In this document: positions 1 to 9,082 of the stretch, piece after piece
How positions within the stretch are numbered: position 1 is the first letter of the stretch
Layout: each line of letters opens with the position of its first letter
Origin: Candidatus Yonathbacteria bacterium
Lineage (GTDB): Bacteria > Patescibacteriota > Minisyncoccia > Phycocordibacterales > JACNGX01
Length of the DNA: 64,000 nt
Direction: 5' to 3'
Assembly: GCA_013334825.1 (NCBI GenBank)
Contig: JAAXWR010000003.1
Span: 101,167-165,166 of the forward strand
Program-made: the position numbers and the translations under genes
Notes under the pieces: model-generated
Databases searched by the model: none
The model's input: the letters and a program-made list of their open reading frames with translations, nothing else
Told to the model about the DNA's origin: nothing

Positions 1-80
1 GTCCGCCCCGCCCTTTCTTAAGAAAGGGCGGGGCGGACCCGTGCGCTCCGCCGTAGTGGAGACGTCGCGGGAGAACTATA
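1..80 (+). repeat. Palindrome-plus-motif element, copy A. A 38-bp perfect palindrome gtccgccccgccctttcttaagaaagggcggggcggac is followed by a small hairpin and the conserved tail gagacgtcgcgggaRaact.
   Basis: The palindrome is seen directly. Near-identical copies lie at 44985-45060, and a palindrome-less copy at about 53048-53095 shares the tail motif. The small hairpin stems differ between copies (ctcc/ggag, ctctg/cagag, tccg/cgga). Confidence 0.7.
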
Positions 81-110
81 AACTAAGAATTCGTCTTATC
101 CCCACCCCCA

Positions 111-1364
111 TTGACTGCACAGATGAGCGGTGTATACTCGTACATACGCCTGACATGCCTGTACGAAAGCTCCCCGAGCAAGAAGTCAATGAACCGACCA
201 AAAACGGCCTCGTTGAGCCATCTTGTGAAGGAACCCGCACGTAAGACACTCCCACATCGGCTTATCTTACCCTCTATACAAGAGCCCGAAAGCGTTATTA
301 TTTTGCTTGATCGGGTGAACATATTGTATGCACGTCGTTCCGCTACCATAAAAGCGATTGCGGTAGCATGCTCTCTCTCAGTCCCCTTTTTGACACATGC
401 GGGCGTATTTTCCTTTGTTTCTGGACTTTTTGGACAGCCGGTCATGGCCGAAGAGACGATGTCTGAGGACAATTCTCAGACAATGGACCTGCTGTCTCCT
501 GCGATTCACACTGACCCCAACCCCGCAAAAGGTGGTGGCGATATCACTATTGTAGAAAACGTTGCTCTTTTGCCCGATTCAGGACCTTCGGGAACTCTTG
601 CTGACGTTGAGGAATCAAAACCCAAGTCAGATCATATCAGTTTGTATGTCGTTCGCCCCGGAGATTCATTGTCACAAATTGCGGATATGTTTGGCGTAAC
701 TCCCGATACCGTGAGATGGGCAAATGATATGAAAAAAGGTACATCTATTCAGCCAGGGCAAACACTTGTCATTCTCCCTATTTCGGGTGTCCGTCACATT
801 GTTGGCAAAGGAGAGACCCTTGCATCTATTGCCAAGAAATATGGCGGTGATGCGGATGAAATTATGGATTTCAATGGCATGTCAGGAGCTGTGCTTGCTG
901 TGGGTGATACGGTTATTATTCCAGATGGAGAAATTGCTATTCCCGCGCAGACAAAATCTTCCGTTTCTTCAACGAAAAAGAACACAACGTCTTCTGGTAA
1001 GACAAATACCGCATCTTCTTCTGGATATTATATGCGTCCAGTGAGTGGTGGGTATCGTTCCCAAGGTCTTCATGGATATAATGCCATCGATATTGCGGCA
1101 CCGATTGGTACTCCTGTTATGGCATCTGCCTCAGGAACGGTCATTATTGCAAAAGGTTCAGGATGGAATGGAGGATACGGAAGTTATATTGTTATCAAAC
1201 ATGAAAATGGTACACAAACACTGTACGCGCATGAAAGTTCTGTTATTGTGTCCGTCGGACAATCTGTTGTAAAGGGACAAGTTATCGGGTATATCGGTTC
1301 AACAGGAAAGTCTACGGGACCCCATTTGCACTTCGAAGTCCGTGGCGCGGTGAATCCTTTTTAG
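111..1364 (+). CDS. LysM-repeat / M23 (LytM) family peptidoglycan endopeptidase with an N-terminal membrane anchor.
   Basis: Two LysM-like repeats (YVVRPGDSLSQIAD..., HIVGKGETLASIAKKYG...) precede a C-terminal M23 signature (GYNAIDIAAP...GYGSYIVIKHENG...GSTGKSTGPHLHFEV). The ORF as called starts at TTG 111 and reads through repeat element A. A more plausible start is TTG at about 324, downstream of a gggtga RBS-like run. Confidence 0.85.
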   Translation: MTAQMSGVYSYIRLTCLYESSPSKKSMNRPKTASLSHLVKEPARKTLPHRLILPSIQEPESVIILLDRVNILYARRSATIKAIAVACSLSVPFLTHAGVFSFVSGLFGQPVMAEETMSEDNSQTMDLLSPAIHTDPNPAKGGGDITIVENVALLPDSGPSGTLADVEESKPKSDHISLYVVRPGDSLSQIADMFGVTPDTVRWANDMKKGTSIQPGQTLVILPISGVRHIVGKGETLASIAKKYGGDADEIMDFNGMSGAVLAVGDTVIIPDGEIAIPAQTKSSVSSTKKNTTSSGKTNTASSSGYYMRPVSGGYRSQGLHGYNAIDIAAPIGTPVMASASGTVIIAKGSGWNGGYGSYIVIKHENGTQTLYAHESSVIVSVGQSVVKGQVIGYIGSTGKSTGPHLHFEVRGAVNPF

Positions 1365-1531
1365 GTAATAGGTTATAGGGATGAGAGGTTAGAAAAAATA
1401 CTGAAAAGTGGCGCGGTCATAATATGACCGCGCCACTTTTCAATTGAAAAATAAAACCATATGTTTTGCTCAGTTTTTTTGTTTATCTACAAATACAAAA
1501 TCGTCCGCGTGTTATGCGGACGATGGGTGTA

Positions 1532-2131
1532 TTAATGAGTTGAGTATACTACTCTGTACTCTGCCCTAACATCTTCTTCCATCCCCAGATAGAGAGAGGT
1601 CTCTTGTAAGACAGTTTTCCCTTTTCGTACTTCGAGAGTAAGGGAATCCGTTTCAATTGATTTTCCACGGAGGGTGCTTGCCAGTGTTTCCAAGTTTGCG
1701 GGACTCATTGTTTTCCCTATTGCGATATGAAATATGGGGAAAAGATAATTAAGATATTTTTTGAACGTCCCTCTATGCGCGACATAAGGAAGTATCGCCG
1801 AGGAAAGTCTCTTCCGCAATTGACGTAACACTCTTGCGTCTTCTCTGTTTATGAGGAGACAATTCATTTGTGTAGTACCATGTCCCGCGCATCCATCTAT
1901 GGTGGCGCAAAGAGGAGCAATACGATACGAGAGAAGTGTCTCTGACAGGACAGCTTTTATGACAGAAGGTTCAATATATGAATTGAACCCTAGTATCGTA
2001 ATGTGGGGCTCTTTTGTCCACCGTGAGATTTCTGTCAAGTGGTGTGTGAGGAATGTATATCTCCGCATCAGTGGATTTATGAGAGAAGATGCGGAAATTG
2101 AGAGAAAGAAATGATAGGGTTCATTCTTCAT
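1532..2131 (-). CDS. 2H phosphoesterase superfamily protein (LigT-like 2'-5' RNA ligase / cyclic phosphodiesterase).
   Basis: Two H-x-T/S-x motifs (HITILGF and HIAIGKT) are spaced as in LigT. Length is 199 aa. Confidence 0.7.
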   Translation of the reverse strand: MKNEPYHFFLSISASSLINPLMRRYTFLTHHLTEISRWTKEPHITILGFNSYIEPSVIKAVLSETLLSYRIAPLCATIDGCAGHGTTQMNCLLINREDARVLRQLRKRLSSAILPYVAHRGTFKKYLNYLFPIFHIAIGKTMSPANLETLASTLRGKSIETDSLTLEVRKGKTVLQETSLYLGMEEDVRAEYRVVYSTH

Positions 2132-2426
2132 AATGCCTCTCTTTTGTTAGTATATTGGGGATGTTGTTAGTGAACGCTTTCTGTATCCTATATGTATGGA
2201 GAAGAAAAAGCAAGATACTTGCCCATGTGGAACAAACGCGCCTGCCCTGAACCCTACGTTGTGCAGGGGGACTTCGCGGGTCGTACGTGGATGTTATAGA
2301 ACATGTAGAAAGAAAACTATCTATTGGAAATAAGAAAAGTGATGAGTTCATTTTTTAGATTTAGTGTTGAGATATGTTTTTAAATATGTATTGTTTTTTC
2401 AAACAAAAAGACCCAAAGTGATTGGG

Positions 2427-2954
2427 TCATATATCAGATGTACTGGAAAGGAAGTAATCTCTCATGTGTTCCCATGGAGATTCTTTACAAAATTTTGTCA
2501 TCACATGAAATGCTTTGTAGGGAATAGTCATTCCCGTATACGTATGTATAAGCCGAGGAGGATTCTCTTTGTAGCCGATACTTATGTGTGGTGTATAGTA
2601 ACGGCCTCCGATTTCGTGAAAAGATTTTTCAAAGAAAAAAGGACGTTTATCGAAGGGGGCTAAAGCAGTACAAATATTCATGTGCAGTTCCTGTAGAGCA
2701 CGGGGTTTTGATAATGCTAGTACATGCGTACATGCCCCATCTTTTTCGAACGTTTTTATTCCGATAATTTTTACGGTGAAGTACTCAATACAGATTTTTT
2801 CAAATGCCTTATGTATGAGTGGTATGTGTTCTTCAAGAATATTTGCACGTAGAATGGTCATATGAAGACCTGTCCAAGGAGGAGTTACTTCAGGCTCAGA
2901 GATAAGAAGATTGATAATCTCCGGACTCAGTTTGAGATATACAAGAATATGCAT
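2427..2954 (-). CDS. Second 2H phosphoesterase (LigT-like) paralog.
   Basis: HMTIL and HISIGY motifs. It lies in tandem with the 1532-2131 gene. Confidence 0.65.
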   Translation of the reverse strand: MHILVYLKLSPEIINLLISEPEVTPPWTGLHMTILRANILEEHIPLIHKAFEKICIEYFTVKIIGIKTFEKDGACTHVLALSKPRALQELHMNICTALAPFDKRPFFFEKSFHEIGGRYYTPHISIGYKENPPRLIHTYTGMTIPYKAFHVMTKFCKESPWEHMRDYFLSSTSDI

Positions 2955-3129
2955 GATGATTGACTTTTTCAGTTGAAAGGATTCTTTCGCAATCCTACAA
3001 AATATTGTCTATTTTTGCAACTAGTCCGCTCTGAGAATTGAGAACCTTATTTTTTCTTCCTTCCAAAATTTACCTAAGTTGGATGTGGATAACATGGACA
3101 ATGGAGACATGGAAACCAGAAAAAAATCG

Positions 3130-3155
3130 AGTGCGGGGCAGAATGCCCCGCACTG
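3130..3155 (-). terminator. Rho-independent terminator downstream of the YifB/ComM gene.
   Basis: GC hairpin gtgcggggcagaatgccccgcac followed on the minus strand by a T tract. AACTACGAAC-type low-complexity repeats flank it. Confidence 0.6.
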
Positions 3156-3204
3156 TTTGTTTTCAGTACTACGAACTACGAACTAAGAACTACGAACTTC
3201 GTCC

Positions 3205-4782
3205 TCACATTTCCCACACACGTGGTCTGTAGCGCAATGCTTCAAGGATGTGTGTTTCTTCCACAGAGTCTTTCCCTTCCATATCGGCGATGGTGCGTGC
3301 GACTTTGATGGTCTTGTGATATGCGCGGGCAGAGAGTCCTAGCGCGCGTGCCGAGTCAACAAGTGTCTCACGTGCATGTTCCGAGAGTGTTGCACGTTCG
3401 TCCACATCACGCGCTTTCATATCTGCGTTTTTCGTAACGTGTGCAAGGTCGGTAAAGCGCGCGCGTTGCACGTTACGTGCCAAAGCAACGCGTGCGCGGA
3501 CGGCATCACTTCCCTCTCCTCGTGGCGCGGCAGTGTCGAGTGTCGCGTGATCGACCGCATCTACATGAAGCCATATATCAATACGGTCCATAATGGGACC
3601 GGAAAGTTTTTTGCGGTATCCGATAAGTTGAGATTGTGTGCATGTGCAACGTTTCGCTGAGCCAAAGTTACCACATGGGCAAGGGTTCATCGCGGCGACG
3701 AGAATGACATTCGCGGGAAATGTCTCCGTTCCTTTCACGCGTGAGACGGTAACGATATTGTCTTCGAGCGGTTGACGAAGTGCCTCAATAACACGTTTAT
3801 CAAATTCGGGAAATTCATCCATGAAGAGTACTCCATGGTGCGCGAGGGTAACTTCTCCGGGTTTTGGAATTGTTCCTCCGCCGATAATAGAGGTATGTGA
3901 CGCAGTATGATGTGGCGCGCGAAAAGGCGCAGATATTTGCACAACATCTTCAAGTGTTCCCGCGACAGAATGGATGGCGGTTATTTCAAGTGCTTCTTCC
4001 ATGTCGAGAGGAGGGAGAAGCCCCGCGAATGCGCGTGCAAGCATAGTCTTGCCAGTCCCCGGTGGTCCATACATGCAGACATTGTGCCCACCTGCTGCCG
4101 CGATTTCTAAGCCCCGTTTCGCAGACTCTTGTCCGCGCACATCGGCCATGTCTGTCGCGCTCCGTGAAATGGTGGGTGTAATAGTGCGGTGTGGTTCAGC
4201 GACAAGTTCTGTTCGTGCAATATTCTTTCTCTGCCCATCTTTTTTTGTAGGATCTGTTTCATCAATATGTTCAACGATTTCGCCAAGTGTACGCACGCTA
4301 TACACAGCGATACCTTCAATGAGTGCAGCTTCGGCGGCATTTGCTTCGGGAACAAAAACGTCCGTGAAACCGCGTTTTTTTGCTTCACGCGCAAGAGGAA
4401 GGATGCCTTTTCCTGGACGGAGTCCTCCGTCAAGCGCAAGCTCTCCGAGAAAAAGCATATGCTCTGGGTTGCAAATAATTTGTTCATCTGCCAGTAAAAA
4501 ACCAATTGCCAGAGCGACATCAAAGATAGGTCCTTCTTTGCGAATATCTGCTGGAGCCAGTGAGATGATTGTTTTTTGCTGACTTGATTTGGGTGATGCA
4601 AAACCAATATTTTTTATTGCCGCGGAGACACGGTCGCGCGCTTCTTCAACTGCCTTGTCGGGGAGTCCGACGATAGAGAATGCATGCAATGTGTTTTTTA
4701 CGATATCTGTTTCAACACTGATAATATGCGCGGATAGTCCAACCGTCTGCGCCGCGTACACGCGTGAGAAGTGGTTTGTCAT
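3205..4782 (-). CDS. comM: YifB/ComM family Mg-chelatase-like AAA+ ATPase.
   Basis: Walker A (MYGPPGTGKTML) and a C-terminal ChlI-like domain. The 525-aa length is typical of YifB. Confidence 0.9.
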   Translation of the reverse strand: MTNHFSRVYAAQTVGLSAHIISVETDIVKNTLHAFSIVGLPDKAVEEARDRVSAAIKNIGFASPKSSQQKTIISLAPADIRKEGPIFDVALAIGFLLADEQIICNPEHMLFLGELALDGGLRPGKGILPLAREAKKRGFTDVFVPEANAAEAALIEGIAVYSVRTLGEIVEHIDETDPTKKDGQRKNIARTELVAEPHRTITPTISRSATDMADVRGQESAKRGLEIAAAGGHNVCMYGPPGTGKTMLARAFAGLLPPLDMEEALEITAIHSVAGTLEDVVQISAPFRAPHHTASHTSIIGGGTIPKPGEVTLAHHGVLFMDEFPEFDKRVIEALRQPLEDNIVTVSRVKGTETFPANVILVAAMNPCPCGNFGSAKRCTCTQSQLIGYRKKLSGPIMDRIDIWLHVDAVDHATLDTAAPRGEGSDAVRARVALARNVQRARFTDLAHVTKNADMKARDVDERATLSEHARETLVDSARALGLSARAYHKTIKVARTIADMEGKDSVEETHILEALRYRPRVWEM

Positions 4783-4900
4783 GAAGATAGTATAGCAAAT
4801 AGAAAAGGAGGTGAGAAAGATAGTATGTGAGTATATGGAGACGGTATATAAGTACGTACGTATTTTTGAGAAGAAAAATGGGGGGGATTGACGTTCGAGT

Positions 4901-5827
4901 ATGTTTTGTGTAGTGTGGGTCAGGAAGTTTTTCTATAAACACTATAAAAATAAAAAGATGAGAATTATATCATACAAGGACGCATGCGAGGGAAAGATTC
5001 CCTCGCGCACTGATTTCAGGTATGTTCGAAATCAGGTAAGTACTGCTCTTCAAAAATCCGACTGTATCCTTTGTGCGCTTGAATTTGGTTCAGTCGTTTC
5101 AGTAGAAGTTGAGTACACCAGCGACTATGACGTGCTTGTTATTTGTGAAGACAGATGTTTTTGTAACGGAAAAGTGGCAGAAGTGCTCGGGCCTCTTTCC
5201 GAGCTTGCATATTATCGACATGTTCCCCTTGCATGGATAGTGACTCCCTTGTCTGTTGCAAAGGATGCAACAAAACACACCTGGGAGGAATCTTTTCTGA
5301 AGAGCGTACTGGGTACAAACGAAAAAAAGGGAATCATCAAGGGTGATCCGCATAGTCTTATAGATATGCGTGAAGAAGGAGATATGCGCGTATACGTGCG
5401 AGAGTATATTCGCAGAAAAATGAGCAAATTCAGGAATGCAATTCCTGAACTGTATGCAAATGAGTCATTTCTTTCTGAAGAGAGAAAGCGCACTCTTTTA
5501 GGAGATGTGTTTTCATTTCCTATCCATGTTGCACGGAAGATTCTTCAGTGTCATGGATGGAAATTCCCTCAAGGTGACGGAAAGAATGCTGTATATGAGC
5601 AGTATAAAATGCGTTTTGAAGGACACTCGGTGCTGAATCTTTTCTGTACTCTCATGGAATTACGAGGAATGTATACTCTTGCTGTTGAGAATATGGATTG
5701 GTTCGGTGAAAGTCCGTTGACACAAAAAGTATATGTTGAGATGACGCAACTTACACCCAAGATTCTTCTTCTTGCTCATGATTTTGGAGAAGCGAATCTT
5801 GATATACTGTCACAAATTACAGAGTAA
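4901..5827 (+). CDS. Nucleotidyltransferase-domain protein (pol-beta superfamily, KNTase/MNT-like) with a possible HEPN-like C-terminus.
   Basis: GS-x10-DYD signature (FGSVVSVEVEYTSDYDVLVI) and a C-terminal R-x5-H motif (ARKILQCHG). The true start is probably M at about 4958 (MRIISYK). Confidence 0.5.
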   Translation: MFCVVWVRKFFYKHYKNKKMRIISYKDACEGKIPSRTDFRYVRNQVSTALQKSDCILCALEFGSVVSVEVEYTSDYDVLVICEDRCFCNGKVAEVLGPLSELAYYRHVPLAWIVTPLSVAKDATKHTWEESFLKSVLGTNEKKGIIKGDPHSLIDMREEGDMRVYVREYIRRKMSKFRNAIPELYANESFLSEERKRTLLGDVFSFPIHVARKILQCHGWKFPQGDGKNAVYEQYKMRFEGHSVLNLFCTLMELRGMYTLAVENMDWFGESPLTQKVYVEMTQLTPKILLLAHDFGEANLDILSQITE

Positions 5828-5871
5828 CACTCGCCGCATCATCGGCGGGTTTTTGTTTGGAGATAGATATA

Positions 5872-6270
5872 TTACGCGGCTTCTTTTTTATGAGATGTGT
5901 GCTCTCGGAGAAGGAGCATCGCAAGGGTGCCTGAGTTTTTGTGATTGAGCGTGGCGATATCAAAAGGTAGTGTATATCCTGCCTCAACAAGGGTATGAAG
6001 AGATGTTTCAAATGCGTCATGCGCTTTTGTCTCTTTTTTGTGCCAAGGGGAATCAGGTGCAGTTTCTTCAAAAGAAAGCGTTGTTGCCTCTTCGACACAT
6101 GCGACAAATGTACGCGCCGTATCATATACCATGTCAACCATCCGTGTTCCCTCTTCGCCACCAATGTTTGCGATTGAGTCAAATGCATCAGAAAGATGTG
6201 TTGCGTCTTCCCGAGTAAAGCGGACAACCTGCTCAATAATAATTTCTTCAGGCATGTGTTCTGGTGTCAT
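5872..6270 (-). CDS. Hypothetical acidic protein of about 133 aa.
   Basis: The called ORF 5872-6510 overlaps the DksA-like gene at its 5' end, so it is trimmed to the internal Met (MTPEHMPEE...). No recognisable domain. Confidence 0.4.
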   Translation of the reverse strand: MTPEHMPEEIIIEQVVRFTREDATHLSDAFDSIANIGGEEGTRMVDMVYDTARTFVACVEEATTLSFEETAPDSPWHKKETKAHDAFETSLHTLVEAGYTLPFDIATLNHKNSGTLAMLLLREHTSHKKEAA

Positions 6271-6340
6271 AAGAAAAGAATATGATGAATAACATACTAT
6301 GTAAACGCGCGCGGGCACTATGCCCGCGCGCTTCTTTTGC

Positions 6341-6742
6341 TTATTTACTATTGATATGTTCTTTGCATGTAGTTGCCGCAGGGTTTGCTTCCAATCGGTC
6401 TTCTTCAATTTCTTTTTCGCAAATTCTACATGTGCCATAGGTACCTGCTTCGATACGCTCGAGCGCGTCATTGACTTCAGCGAGACGTTCTTCAAGGGGG
6501 GCTGTGACACCGATGCGTGTAACGAATTCTTCTACAGCATCCGCGCGAACATTGAGATCAGGATCATTGATATCAAGTTCATCATCTGGCATAGGTTGCC
6601 AATCGTCTTTGTTTTCTGGATTGATACGACCGATACCGTGAAGTTCGGACTCGAGTGTTGCCTTCTCTTCGAGAAGTGATTGTTTGTATGTGTCAGTATT
6701 CATGATACGAACACTATAGCATGCTCGTTTGAAGGAGTCCAT
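6341..6742 (-). CDS. DksA/TraR-family C4-type zinc-finger protein.
   Basis: C-terminal CRIC-x18-CKEH zinc ribbon preceded by an RLEANPAA-like motif and a coiled-coil N-terminus. Confidence 0.6.
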   Translation of the reverse strand: MDSFKRACYSVRIMNTDTYKQSLLEEKATLESELHGIGRINPENKDDWQPMPDDELDINDPDLNVRADAVEEFVTRIGVTAPLEERLAEVNDALERIEAGTYGTCRICEKEIEEDRLEANPAATTCKEHINSK

Positions 6743-6749
6743 AAGGGAA

Positions 6750-8267
6750 TTATTTTCTCTTCTCCTGAATGATACGGTTTACGATTTCGTCCATAGTATC
6801 AGGACTTGTGGCGATAATAAGTGTTTCTTTGTCATAAAACGTATAAAGGAGAACGATATTCCCCGACATATCCTTGAGCGAACGGACGTCACGGTTTTTT
6901 ATAATGACATCTTCCCACTGTTTTTCGAATACGCTTTGATCAACAGAAATACCAAACATGGGAATAAGATCTCGGGCCATGGATGGTTCCCATTTGAGCA
7001 TACCAGAAAAAGCATTATCAAAAAGATCATTGGTGGTTGTAAATACCAAAAATCCTTGATTCCCATTCCAGACATGAACACCGAGTTCATATATGGGGCC
7101 AAACGAACGTGCAAGCCATGAAGGCATCGAACTCCCAATGAGAGAAAGAAATCGTTCAGTTTGTACGACCGTCACAGATGACGTCCCATCGAGGCCGACA
7201 CTCTGTTCCGTCACGTATAATTGAGAAATTGAATCAATAAACATGTCAGTATTGAGAATGGTATTTTTTATTGCATTCCGTACAGATGCTTCTTCAAGTC
7301 CGTTTGCTGAAATCTCTTTTTTTCCTTCAGTTGAAAAGAGTGCAGGAACCTCAAGTGTTGTCCTCGATGTTTCTCCGTTAGAGAATGTTTGTGTATACCA
7401 ATACCATCCACCGACGCCGAGTGACGCAGTCCCAAGGATAAGTAATGCGATTGCACCGTAGACGAATGCGTTATTTTTCTTTTTTTCTACAATCGCTACC
7501 TCCGCTTTCTCTTCAGATATGCGATGTTCTGCAAGAACTGATTGGACCATGGATGGCTTTTGAGAACGCATTGCCTCTGCGACATCTGATTCAAATGTAC
7601 GGAGACTTCGGAGTAATGTTTTTTCACCCGCTTCTGTTGCGTGTTTCTCTCCTCGTGCTGTTGCTTCTTTCGTTCGTGCTTCGTCCGCGGCGATTTCCTC
7701 GGGGCTTTTATGTTGGGACGCCATGACGTCTGCTGCAAAAAGTGGGTCACCTGGTTCTGTGGGACGAATAATTTCTTCTGGTTTGAGAAGTTCTTTTTCT
7801 CGGGCAAGACCTTCTTTGATTGCTTGTAGATGTGGTGCTGGTCCGCGCTCTATGGGGGATCGTTCTTGATGTGTACGGAGTTCTCGGGCGATTGATGTAT
7901 CAGGAACCGATAGTGAGGATTCTCCTGAAGGAGAAGAAGATGGTTCTTTTTGAGAAGCAGATGTAGATGGTGTAACGTTTTCACGAAACGGGTCAGAAGA
8001 GGGGGTGGATGAATGTGAATCCGAGGTGGCGAGTGTGTTGTTGAGCACCACTGATGTTTTTTTTGTGTAAGATGATTGTGTGACTGGAAGAGGGTCAGGT
8101 TCTTTTAGAGAGATATTTGTAGGGGCTACCGCTTCTCGATAGGTGTCAGCGGTTTTTGTATTGGTTGTGGATGTTTCTGTCCCTGGCACACTCAACACAC
8201 GTTCTTCTGCGTTGGGAGAAACGGGAGTGATTGTATCCGAGTCAATGGTAAAAATCGGATCAGCCAT
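6750..8267 (-). CDS. Membrane-anchored hypothetical protein with a low-complexity Ser/Thr/Pro-rich N-terminal region, one TM helix and a C-terminal globular domain.
   Basis: TM segment AFVYGAIALLILGTASLGVGGWYWY. No catalytic motif recognised. Confidence 0.6.
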   Translation of the reverse strand: MADPIFTIDSDTITPVSPNAEERVLSVPGTETSTTNTKTADTYREAVAPTNISLKEPDPLPVTQSSYTKKTSVVLNNTLATSDSHSSTPSSDPFRENVTPSTSASQKEPSSSPSGESSLSVPDTSIARELRTHQERSPIERGPAPHLQAIKEGLAREKELLKPEEIIRPTEPGDPLFAADVMASQHKSPEEIAADEARTKEATARGEKHATEAGEKTLLRSLRTFESDVAEAMRSQKPSMVQSVLAEHRISEEKAEVAIVEKKKNNAFVYGAIALLILGTASLGVGGWYWYTQTFSNGETSRTTLEVPALFSTEGKKEISANGLEEASVRNAIKNTILNTDMFIDSISQLYVTEQSVGLDGTSSVTVVQTERFLSLIGSSMPSWLARSFGPIYELGVHVWNGNQGFLVFTTTNDLFDNAFSGMLKWEPSMARDLIPMFGISVDQSVFEKQWEDVIIKNRDVRSLKDMSGNIVLLYTFYDKETLIIATSPDTMDEIVNRIIQEKRK

Positions 8268-8392
8268 AATTGTTTATAGTAGTATATCATACTCCATTAT
8301 TGTTGCGGGAGGTCATGGTATGTTTGCGTATCAAACGATTTTTATATGATGACAATAGAAACTAGTATAAATTCTATCAATTAAAAAGTGAG

Positions 8393-8896
8393 GTGTGTAT
8401 GGCACGTATACCAAGAGGATATAAAAAACATGTCCGCAGGGTGATAGCCGGACTCCAGAGGGAATTCCCGGAGACGAATGTCATGGAGGAATTTGAAAAG
8501 GATCCTGCAGCGCCTGCTTCTCTGAGTGAGAAGGCACATCCAAACATTCCGGGATTTGTGGTTTCAATAAGGAACGAGGAGTATGACATAAAAGTGTATG
8601 TTGATCCAAAGCGGGGTGTTGTAGTGAAGTTCCTTGTCGGAGATAGTCCTTTGGATGAGGAGATATCTCCCGTCATGTGGGCACAAGATGAAAAAGAAGA
8701 GAAAATAATGCCCGATATTGGGCTTATCTGTGAACGAGTCAGAAAAGAATTCCGCGTGCGGAAAGATTTTCAGACCGCTGTGGCGGAAGTCAATGCACAG
8801 CGTTTGGAAGAATACAGATATCCGAGTATGCACCCGCAGCGGTCAATATTTCCTGGGAAGAGACCGCCCAAAAGGTACGGAAGCAAGACCGCGTGA
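8393..8896 (+). CDS. Hypothetical protein.
   Basis: ORF with a downstream terminator (gaccgcgtgaagcggtc plus T tract at about 8886-8915). No domain recognised. Confidence 0.5.
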   Translation: MCMARIPRGYKKHVRRVIAGLQREFPETNVMEEFEKDPAAPASLSEKAHPNIPGFVVSIRNEEYDIKVYVDPKRGVVVKFLVGDSPLDEEISPVMWAQDEKEEKIMPDIGLICERVRKEFRVRKDFQTAVAEVNAQRLEEYRYPSMHPQRSIFPGKRPPKRYGSKTA

Positions 8897-8927
8897 AGCG
8901 GTCTTTTTGTTTTTTAAAATAATATGA

Positions 8928-8972
8928 AACACTGCAATAGGCAGGGCGCAAGCCCCGCCTATTGCAGTGTTA
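8928..8972 (-). terminator. Long GC hairpin downstream of pnp.
   Basis: aacactgcaataggcagggcgcaagccccgcctattgcagtgtt forms a 14-bp stem, followed by AACTAAGAACTACGAAC low-complexity repeats. Confidence 0.5.
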
Positions 8973-9082
8973 ATTTTCAACTAAGAACTACGAACTAAGA
9001 ACTACGAACTCTGGCACAAAGCGTATACCGCCAATGCCCCTATCTTTTCTGACAACTAAGGCCTAATCAATAACAACTCATC

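Noticed and set aside
3974-4582. 202-aa plus-strand ORF inside yifB/comM.
   Set aside because: Antisense to the YifB ATPase. Ser/Ala/Arg-rich low complexity.
5872-6510. 212-aa ORF upstream-extended over the DksA-like gene.
   Set aside because: It overlaps the well-supported DksA/TraR ORF (6341-6742) on the same strand in another frame. It was trimmed to the internal Met.
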